Below, piece by piece: positions 56,586 to 64,000 of a DNA stretch of 64,000 nt. The notes below the pieces were generated by a model. It ran no database searches, was not told where the DNA came from, and saw only the letters and a program-made list of their open reading frames with translations. Source of the DNA: Clostridia bacterium (lineage in GTDB: Bacteria > Bacillota > Clostridia > Christensenellales > Aristaeellaceae). Made by a program: the position numbers and the translations under genes. The stretch lies in NCBI GenBank assembly GCA_017404985.1, contig JAFRBK010000031.1, forward strand, positions 3,114 to 67,113, in the 5' to 3' direction. How positions within the stretch are numbered: position 1 is the stretch's first letter; every line of letters starts with the position of its first letter.

Positions 56586-59500
56586 TTATTTGAAATACTT
56601 CACTGCCGATTCGAACATCCGGATTTCATACGCTCCCGGAACATTCTTATACAGCCCGTGGCCAACCCGCTCGCTGTGGCCCATCTTGCCGAAGACCCGG
56701 CCGTCCGGGCTGGTGATGCCTTCGATCGCCTGCATGCTGCCGTTGGGATTGAAGCGGACATCCATGGTCGCCCTGCCTTCCAGATCCACATACTGGGTCG
56801 CGACCTGGCCGGCGGAGACAAGCTGCCGAATCACCTGTTCCTCCGCAATGAAACGGCCCTCGCCGTGGCTGATCGGCACGCTGAAGATATCCCCCACCCG
56901 GGTTTCCCGCAGCCAGGGGCTCAGGTTGGAAGCCACCCGGGTCCGGACGATCCGGCTTTGGTGGCGGGCAATGGTGTTAAACGTCAGCGTCGGGCAGTGC
57001 TCATCCGTTTCCATGATTTTTCCGAAGGGAACCAGCCCCAGCTTGATCAGGGCCTGGAAACCGTTGCAGATGCCGCACATCAGGCCGTCCCGCTTCTCCA
57101 GCAGCTCGGTCACGCCCTCCCGGACCGCATCATTCCGGAAGAACGCCGTGATAAACTTGGCGCTGCCGTCCGGCTCATCGCCGCCGCTGAAGCCGCCGGG
57201 AATAAAGATGATCTGGCTTTCCCGGATCTCCCGGGCGAAATTTTCCACGCTGCGGGCAATGCCCTCCGCCGTCAGGTTGTTAATCACCATGATCCGCGCT
57301 TCGGCGCCGGCATCCCGGACCGCTTTGGCGCTGTCGTATTCACAGTTGGTGCCGGGAAAGGCGGGAATCAGCACCCGGGGCTTCGCGGCCTTCACCGCCG
57401 GAGCCGGCCAGGAAGAGGCCGGGCTTGAAAAGGTTTCCACGGTTTCCGCCGGGGTAGGGATATTGCAGGGATAGACTTTTTCCAGCCGGTTTTCCCACCG
57501 CTGCTGCAGACCCGCCAGGGAAACGCTCTCCCCGCCGAGGGTGATTTGGCCGTCCGCCGTGACCTCGCCCAGCACGGTTTCGCCCGCTTCCGGCTCCGCC
57601 ACTTCCACCAGAAAATCCCCGTAGCGGTACCGCACCAGGTCATCCACGCTCCATCCGTCCGCGAACCGGAATCCGAGGCCGTTGCCGAAGCTCATCTTCA
57701 TTACGGCCTCGGCGATGCCGCCCAGCCCAGGCGTATACGCCCCGAAGGCCCGGCCGCTCTTCCGGAGCGACGCCACCTTCCGGAAGGTTTCCTTCAGCGC
57801 CGCCGCATCCGGGAGCCCCTCCGCCGTATAGGGCGTGGAGAGCAGGATCAGGAAATGGCCCGCCTGCTTGGTTTCCGGGCTCAGGATCTGGCCGGCTTTG
57901 GCCATCGTGACCGCGAAACTGACCAGCGTCGGCGGCACATCCAGATTTTCGAACGAACCGCTCATGCTGTCCTTGCCGCCGATGGCGGCGATTTCCAGAT
58001 CCTTCTGGGCCTCAAAGGCGCCCAGCAGCGCCGCCAGCGGCTTGCCCCAGCGCCGGGCATCCCGGCCGGGTTTCTCGAAATACTCCTGGAAGGTCAGATA
58101 GACCTCCTCAAAATCCGCCCCGGCGGCAATCAGCTTCGACACGGATTCGACCACCGCCAGATAGGCCCCGTGATACGGGCTCTTTTCCGTGATGAAGGGA
58201 TTGTAGCCCCAGGCCATCAGGGAGCAGTCGTCCGTATGCTTCTTTTCCATGCTGACCTTCTGCACCATCGCCTGGATCGGGGTCAGCTGGTGTTTGCCGC
58301 CAAAGGGCATCAGCACGGTGCCGGCTCCGATCGTGGAGTCAAAGCGCTCGCTCAGGCCCCGATGGGAGCACATGTTCAGATCCTCCGCCATCGCTTCCAG
58401 GGTTTCCCGGAAGCCGCCGGCGGGCTTTTTCGCGAAGCTTTCGGGCTTCGCCGGCGCCACATCGATATGCTTCGGCGCGCCGTTCGAATTCAGGAATTCC
58501 CGGCTGATATCCACGATGGTTTTTCCGTTCCAGTGCATTCTGAGGCGCGGCTCCGCCTGAACCACCGCCACGGGGCAGGCCTGCAGGTTCTCCTGCTCCG
58601 CCAGCTTCAGGAAGGCTTCCGCATCCTCCGGGGCCACGACCACCGCCATCCGCTCCTGGCTTTCGGAAATCGCCAGTTCAGTGCCGTCCAGCCCGTCATA
58701 CTTCTTCGGCACGGCGTTCAGGTCAATCTCCAGCCCGTCCGCCAGCTCGCCGATAGCCACGCTGACGCCGCCGGCGCCAAAGTCGTTGCACCGCTTGATC
58801 ATGCGGGTTGCCTCGCCGTTGCGGAACAGCCGCTGCAGCTTCCGCTCCTCCGGCGCGTTTCCCTTCTGGACCTCGGCGCCGCAGGTTTCCACGCTGTGGG
58901 CAGTATGGGCTTTGCTGGAACCCGTCGCGCCGCCGATGCCGTCCCGGCCGGTGCTGCCGCCCAACAGGATGACCACATCCCCGGGAGCGGGGCGCTCGCG
59001 GCGGACATTTTCCTGCGGGGCCGCGGCCACCACCGCGCCGATTTCCATGCGCTTGGCCGCGTAACCGGGATGATAGAGCTCATCCACGATTCCCGTGGCA
59101 AGGCCGATCTGGTTGCCGTAAGAGGAATATCCCGCGGCGGCAGCGGTAACCAGCTTCCGCTGGGGGAGCTTGCCGGGGAGGGTTTCGGCGACGGGGACGG
59201 TGGGATCGGCCGCGCCGGTCACACGCATGGCGCCGTAAACATAGGCCCGGCCGCTGAGGGGATCCCGGATGGCGCCGCCGATGCAGGTGGCCGCGCCGCC
59301 GAAGGGTTCGATCTCCGTCGGGTGATTATGGGTTTCATTCTTAAAGAGGAGGAGCCAGGGCTCCTTCACCCCGTCGGCTTCCACCTCGATTTTCACCGTG
59401 CAGGCGTTGATTTCCTCGCTTTCATCCAGGTTCGGGAGTTTCCCCTTCGCCTTCAGGAAGCGGACAGCGACGGTGGCCAGGTCCATGAGGGTGACGGGCT

Positions 59501-61589
59501 TTTCGGCCCGGCCCAGCTCCCGGCGGACGGCGAGATATTCCCCATAGGCTTTCTGCAGGAGGGGATCCTCGAAGCGGACGGAATCAATATTGGTCAGGAA
59601 GGTGGTATGGCGGCAGTGGTCGCTCCAATAGGTATCCAGCATGCGGATTTCCGTGAGGGTGGGATCCCTTTTTTCGGCGCGGAAATAGTCCCGGCAGCAG
59701 GCGAGGTCGTCCGCGTCCATAGCCAGGCCGAGCTCCGCCGCGAGGGCTTCGAGGGCGGGGCGATCCATCGCCGTGAAGCCGGAGAGGGTGGGAACTTCCG
59801 TCGGCACCGGATACTCCGCGCGGAGGGTGGCGGGCTTCGGGAGGGCGGCTTCCCGGGCTTCCACCGGGTTGATGACATATTTTTTGATTTCCGCTACCTC
59901 GGCATCGGTCAGGTTACCGTAGAGCAGGTAGAGCCGGGCGCTGCGAACCAGGGGGCGGTCGCCCCGGGAGAGGAGCTGAATGCACTGGGCCGCGGAATCC
60001 GCCCGCTGGTCAAACTGGCCGGGGAGGTATTCCACCGCGAAGGCAACGGCGCCGGAGGCATCCACCGACTCCGAGACGAGATCCAGCTGGGGCTCGGAGA
60101 AGACCGCCTTCACTGCCCGGTCAAAGAGGTCCCGGGAGAGATTCTGGGCGTCATAACGGTTCAGGAGGCGGACCCGCTGCAGGCCCTTGATGCCCAGCAG
60201 GGTGCGGGCATCGGAGAGAAGGGCGCGGGCTTCCTGGTCCAGGCCCGGCTTCTTTTCGACAAAGACGCGATAAACCGGGGCGGACGCATCGGACGGGGCG
60301 GCCGGGGATTGGGACGCAAGGAAATCCAGGGCGCGGCGGCCGATATCGGAGCGCATGAAGCGGTTTTCAAAGTTGACGGATTCCGCGAGGCGGTAGGCTT
60401 CCTTCACCGCTTCCGGCAGCGTCGGGGCCGTGGCCGTGACGCCGAGGACGCGGCCGCCGGCGGTGACCAGTTTTTCCTTCTCCCCATCCTTTTGCAGGGC
60501 GGCGCCGGCCACGAAGACATGATCCCGAACCTCCTGCGGGATCGTGATTTCAAAGCCTTTCTGATACGATTCCGGATAGCCGGCGGAGGCCAGGACGACG
60601 CAGCAGGCGGCATCCGAAGAGAATTCCACGGGGCAATGCTTCAGGGCGCCGGCAGTGACCGCCTGCATGACCGTGAGGAGGTCTGATTTCAGGAGGGGAA
60701 GGACCACCTGGGTTTCCGGATCGCCGAAGCGGCAGTTATATTCAATCACCTTCGGGCCCCGGGGCGTGAGCATGAGGCCGAAATACAGGCAGCCCCGGAA
60801 CTCCCGGCCTTCCGCTTTCATCGCCCGGATGGTCGGGAGGAAGATTTTTTCCATACACTCCCCGGCAACCTCCGGGGTATAAAAGGGATTCGGGGCCACC
60901 GTGCCCATGCCGCCGGTGTTCAGGCCCGTATCCCCGTCCCCGGCCCGCTTATGGTCCATGCTGGAGACCATCGGAACCACCGTTTCGCCATCGGTGAAGG
61001 AGAGGACAGAGACCTCCGGGCCCTGGAGATACTCCTCAATCACGATGCGGCTGCCGCTGGCGCCGAACTGGCGCTCCTGCATGAGCCGGCGCACCGCGGC
61101 GCAGGCTTCCTCCCGCGTCATGGCCACCGTGACGCCCTTGCCCAGGGCCAGGCCGTCCGCCTTGACCACCGTCGGGATCGGGGCGGTCTCCAGATAATGA
61201 AGGGCGGCAGCCGGATCATCAAAGACCTCGAAGGCGGCGGTTGGGATGCCGTATTTCTTCATCAAATTCTTGGCAAAGACCTTGCTGCCCTCCAGGATGG
61301 CGGCGTTCTTCCGGGGGCCGAAGCAGGGAATGCCGGCCTGCTCCAGCTCATCCACGCAGCCCAGGACCAGCGGGTCATCCGGGGAGACCACCGCATAATC
61401 AATACCGGTTTCCACCGCGAAGCGGCGGATGGCCGGGAGGTCCTTCGCGCCGATGGGCACACAGACCGCATCCTCCGCGATGCCGCCGTTGCCCGGGAGG
61501 GCATAAACGGTTTCCACCGCGGGATTCAGCTTCAGTTTTTTAATGATGGCGTGTTCACGGCCGCCCCCGCCGACGACAAGAATCTTCAT
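56586..61589 (-). CDS. purD-purL: Fused phosphoribosylamine--glycine ligase (PurD) and large-type phosphoribosylformylglycinamidine synthase (PurL)
   Basis: N-terminal [19 protein letters not shown] and RFGDPE (PurD). Then [33 protein letters not shown] and MGHSER (PurL). No stop between them. Confidence 0.93.
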   Translation of the reverse strand: MKILVVGGGGREHAIIKKLKLNPAVETVYALPGNGGIAEDAVCVPIGAKDLPAIRRFAVETGIDYAVVSPDDPLVLGCVDELEQAGIPCFGPRKNAAILEGSKVFAKNLMKKYGIPTAAFEVFDDPAAALHYLETAPIPTVVKADGLALGKGVTVAMTREEACAAVRRLMQERQFGASGSRIVIEEYLQGPEVSVLSFTDGETVVPMVSSMDHKRAGDGDTGLNTGGMGTVAPNPFYTPEVAGECMEKIFLPTIRAMKAEGREFRGCLYFGLMLTPRGPKVIEYNCRFGDPETQVVLPLLKSDLLTVMQAVTAGALKHCPVEFSSDAACCVVLASAGYPESYQKGFEITIPQEVRDHVFVAGAALQKDGEKEKLVTAGGRVLGVTATAPTLPEAVKEAYRLAESVNFENRFMRSDIGRRALDFLASQSPAAPSDASAPVYRVFVEKKPGLDQEARALLSDARTLLGIKGLQRVRLLNRYDAQNLSRDLFDRAVKAVFSEPQLDLVSESVDASGAVAFAVEYLPGQFDQRADSAAQCIQLLSRGDRPLVRSARLYLLYGNLTDAEVAEIKKYVINPVEAREAALPKPATLRAEYPVPTEVPTLSGFTAMDRPALEALAAELGLAMDADDLACCRDYFRAEKRDPTLTEIRMLDTYWSDHCRHTTFLTNIDSVRFEDPLLQKAYGEYLAVRRELGRAEKPVTLMDLATVAVRFLKAKGKLPNLDESEEINACTVKIEVEADGVKEPWLLLFKNETHNHPTEIEPFGGAATCIGGAIRDPLSGRAYVYGAMRVTGAADPTVPVAETLPGKLPQRKLVTAAAAGYSSYGNQIGLATGIVDELYHPGYAAKRMEIGAVVAAAPQENVRRERPAPGDVVILLGGSTGRDGIGGATGSSKAHTAHSVETCGAEVQKGNAPEERKLQRLFRNGEATRMIKRCNDFGAGGVSVAIGELADGLEIDLNAVPKKYDGLDGTELAISESQERMAVVVAPEDAEAFLKLAEQENLQACPVAVVQAEPRLRMHWNGKTIVDISREFLNSNGAPKHIDVAPAKPESFAKKPAGGFRETLEAMAEDLNMCSHRGLSERFDSTIGAGTVLMPFGGKHQLTPIQAMVQKVSMEKKHTDDCSLMAWGYNPFITEKSPYHGAYLAVVESVSKLIAAGADFEEVYLTFQEYFEKPGRDARRWGKPLAALLGAFEAQKDLEIAAIGGKDSMSGSFENLDVPPTLVSFAVTMAKAGQILSPETKQAGHFLILLSTPYTAEGLPDAAALKETFRKVASLRKSGRAFGAYTPGLGGIAEAVMKMSFGNGLGFRFADGWSVDDLVRYRYGDFLVEVAEPEAGETVLGEVTADGQITLGGESVSLAGLQQRWENRLEKVYPCNIPTPAETVETFSSPASSWPAPAVKAAKPRVLIPAFPGTNCEYDSAKAVRDAGAEARIMVINNLTAEGIARSVENFAREIRESQIIFIPGGFSGGDEPDGSAKFITAFFRNDAVREGVTELLEKRDGLMCGICNGFQALIKLGLVPFGKIMETDEHCPTLTFNTIARHQSRIVRTRVASNLSPWLRETRVGDIFSVPISHGEGRFIAEEQVIRQLVSAGQVATQYVDLEGRATMDVRFNPNGSMQAIEGITSPDGRVFGKMGHSERVGHGLYKNVPGAYEIRMFESAVKYFK

Positions 61590-61646
61590 ACGATGCCTCC
61601 GGAAGAATGAGATGGGGAATCTTTCAGGAAAGAAAGACGAAAGAGA

Positions 61647-62861
61647 TCAGTGGTGGAAGAGGCGCAGATGGGTGAAGCAGAGGGTCAGGCCATACTTGTC
61701 ACAGCAGGAAATGACCGCGTCATCCCGGATCGAGCCGCCGGGCTCGGCGATATACTTCACGCCGCTGCGGAAGGCGCGCTCAATATTGTCACTGAAGGGG
61801 AAGAAGGCATCGCTGCCCAGGGCCACGTTCCGCCGCGCATCCAGGAAGGAACGCTTCTCCGCATCGGTGAGGGGATCGGGGCGGGAGGTGAAATACCGTG
61901 GCCAGACGCCGTCGGCGCAGACATCCTCCTCATTATGATTGATATACCCGTCGATCACATTATCCCGGTCCGGGCGGCCCAGGTCCGGCCGGAAGGGCAG
62001 GGACAGGACCTTCTCATGGCGGCGGAGGAACCAGGTGTCCGCCTTGCCGCCCGCGAGGCGGGTGCAGTGGATCCGGGACTGCTGGCCGGCGCCGACGCCG
62101 ATCGCCTGGCCGTCCACCGCGTAACAGACGCTGTTCGACTGGGTATACTTGAGCGTAATCAGGGCGACGACGAGGTCCCGGACGGCGGTTTCCGGCAGGT
62201 CCCGGGACTGGGTGACGATTTCCCCGAGGAGGGAGGGGGTGACGGCAAAATCATTCCGGCCCTGCTCGAAGGTGATGCCGAAGACCTGCTTGGTTTCCTG
62301 CGACTGGGGGACATAGGACGGGTCGATCTCCACAATATTGTAATTGCCGTTACGCTTCTGCTTCAGGATCTCCAGGGCTTCCGGGGAATAGCCGGGAGCG
62401 ATGACGCCGTCCGAGACTTCCCGCCGCAAAAGCTTCGCGGTGGTGGCGTCGCAGGGATCGCTGAGGGCCGCCCAGTCCCCGAAGGAACACATGCGGTCCG
62501 TGCCCCGGGCGCGGGCATAGGCGCAGGCCAGGGGGGAATCGTCCAGGCCCTCGATATCCTCCACGAAGCAGGCCCGCTTCAGGTCCTCCGGAAGGGGCAG
62601 GCCCAGCGCCGCGCCGGCCGGGCTCACGTGCTTGAAGCTGGCGGCCGCCGGGAGGCCCAAGGCCGCTTTCAGCTCCTTCACCAGCTGCCAGGAGTTGAAG
62701 GCATCCAGGAAATTGATATAACCCGGGCGGCCGTTCAGGATCCGGATCGGCAGGGGGCTGCCGTCCTGCATATAGATCTTCGCCGGCTTCTGGTTCGGGT
62801 TGCAGCCGTATTTGAGTTCGAATTCCTTGAGGGTGAAGGGGGTCTGCGTCATGCTGTCCAT
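61647..62861 (-). CDS. purH: AICAR transformylase (stand-alone formyltransferase half of PurH)
   Basis: LKYGCNPNQ, FKHVSPAG, KYTQSN, GAGQQSR and SDAFFPF. No N-terminal cyclohydrolase domain. Confidence 0.93.
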   Translation of the reverse strand: MDSMTQTPFTLKEFELKYGCNPNQKPAKIYMQDGSPLPIRILNGRPGYINFLDAFNSWQLVKELKAALGLPAAASFKHVSPAGAALGLPLPEDLKRACFVEDIEGLDDSPLACAYARARGTDRMCSFGDWAALSDPCDATTAKLLRREVSDGVIAPGYSPEALEILKQKRNGNYNIVEIDPSYVPQSQETKQVFGITFEQGRNDFAVTPSLLGEIVTQSRDLPETAVRDLVVALITLKYTQSNSVCYAVDGQAIGVGAGQQSRIHCTRLAGGKADTWFLRRHEKVLSLPFRPDLGRPDRDNVIDGYINHNEEDVCADGVWPRYFTSRPDPLTDAEKRSFLDARRNVALGSDAFFPFSDNIERAFRSGVKYIAEPGGSIRDDAVISCCDKYGLTLCFTHLRLFHH

Positions 62862-62877
62862 ATTTGGTTTTTCCTCC

Positions 62878-63999
62878 TCAGCGATGTTTGTTGATCAGGC
62901 GGGATTCCGCGCGGCCGGTTTCCAGATCGACATAGCGGACATAAAGGCTGATTTTATTCTGGTCATTCAGGGCATTCCACAGGCGGGAGGCCATCTCATC
63001 GATATCATCGCAGAGGGCCATCCGCTCCGGCTCCCCCTGGAAGGTAGGGATCGGGCTGCCGTCGCAGACATAGGTATGGAGAAAATGGCCCAGGCCGTTC
63101 AGCGGCGCGTAAGCATAGGTGAAGCGGTTGCAGGCGGAGCCCGCGGCGTCGGCGCTCTTGAGGATGCTCATCTGATACGTAAAACTCCCGGAGTCGAAGG
63201 CCAGGAGGCCGCTGATGCGGGGCGTCCAGTTTGGGCCATCCGGCTCAAAGGAGCGGCTTTCCAGCGCTTCGGAGAAGGATTTGCCCGCCTGCAGGCCTTC
63301 CACCACCGTGTCGGTCTGGTTGCCGTTGGTGACAACGAGATAATTTTTCCACGAGCGCACCGCCGCGTAAATAATCAGGCTGGGGTCCTGGACCTTCGCG
63401 GGGTCGAAGGGCTCCGTGAAGACTTCGCCGTCCTTCTCCCGGAAAATCCGGTTCCGGCTGTTTTCGCTGCGGCCCATAATGAAATACGCGATGGCCGCGT
63501 GCTTTCCGTCCGGGGTTTTCCCGATGACGATGCCGCGGCCGGGATAGGCATTGTTTTCCAGCAGTTCCTCCGGGGTTCGGATACCATAGATGTCCATAAG
63601 TGCCTCCTTACGTTTTTTGCAGACCTGCTCCACGCTCCGGGGGAGGAGGATCCATTCCGCCTGCTCCATCACGCGGCGCTGCAGCGTTTCCGGGGTGTCG
63701 CCCGGGAGGACGTCCACCGCCTGCTGGGCGATAATCTCCCCGCCGTCGGGAATCTCATTGACAAAATGCACCGTGGCGCCGGTGACCTTCACGCCCCGCT
63801 GAAGCGCGGCCTCATGCACCTTCAGGCCGTAAAAGCCCGCGCCGCAGAAGCTGGGGATCAGGCTGGGATGCACATTGATGATCCGCCGGGGATAGCGCGC
63901 GGTGAAGTCCGGCGAGAGGATGCTCAGAAAGCCGGCCAGCACGATGAGATCCGTGCGGTTTTCCGCAAGGGCGGAAGAGAGGCGGTCCTCAAAGGCGGC
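62878..63999 (-). CDS. purN: PurN (5' end outside the window) read in frame into a PurO-like IMP cyclohydrolase
   Basis: LAGFL, INVHPSL and GATVHFVN..DGG (PurN) continue without a stop into MDIY...YPGRGIVIG...YFIMGRSENSRNR...TPRISG. Internal SD AAGGAGG and ATG at 63597. Confidence 0.88.
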   Translation of the reverse strand, partial: AAFEDRLSSALAENRTDLIVLAGFLSILSPDFTARYPRRIINVHPSLIPSFCGAGFYGLKVHEAALQRGVKVTGATVHFVNEIPDGGEIIAQQAVDVLPGDTPETLQRRVMEQAEWILLPRSVEQVCKKRKEALMDIYGIRTPEELLENNAYPGRGIVIGKTPDGKHAAIAYFIMGRSENSRNRIFREKDGEVFTEPFDPAKVQDPSLIIYAAVRSWKNYLVVTNGNQTDTVVEGLQAGKSFSEALESRSFEPDGPNWTPRISGLLAFDSGSFTYQMSILKSADAAGSACNRFTYAYAPLNGLGHFLHTYVCDGSPIPTFQGEPERMALCDDIDEMASRLWNALNDQNKISLYVRYVDLETGRAESRLINKHR

Positions 64000-64000
64000 C

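Overview
High-GC chromosomal window from a Clostridia-class firmicute, judging by gene content and style (a rumen/gut lineage is likely, but this is inference). I found no rRNA, tRNA, CRISPR array, integrase or transposase. From left to right: a carbohydrate locus (sugar ABC transporter, GH78-like enzyme, unassigned GH-like protein) whose two promoters carry AraR-type operator boxes; rarA and a SpoIID-SH3 gene; an orphan Nif11-type double-glycine RiPP precursor; a DtxR-family regulator, DUF3574 and mtnN; GH2, GH28-like and glgB. An accessory signalling block (about 22.5-36.2 kb) follows. It holds an HxxxDG acyltransferase, an acyl-adenylate ligase fused to a degenerate anti-sigma kinase fold, a secreted protein built from two copies of an unassigned helical domain, a sugar-binding protein coupled to a diguanylate cyclase, a PP2C phosphatase, a methyltransferase-STAS fusion and two GNATs. 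Then come cstA, a YdcF protein, helD with a leader terminator, a two-gene self-contained PTS (EIIC-EIIB-HPr plus EI-EIIA), zapA, an amidohydrolase with a peptide-type ABC transporter, a GH120-like enzyme, fhs and a purine operon with purD-purL and purN-IMP cyclohydrolase fusions. Several intergenic gaps hold head/tail gene fragments that look like deletion scars. The best candidates for undescribed biology are the enzyme-fused partner-switching block, the EIICB-HPr/EI-EIIA PTS, the duplicated His-motif secreted protein and the helD leader. All family calls come from motif recognition by eye, not from database searches.
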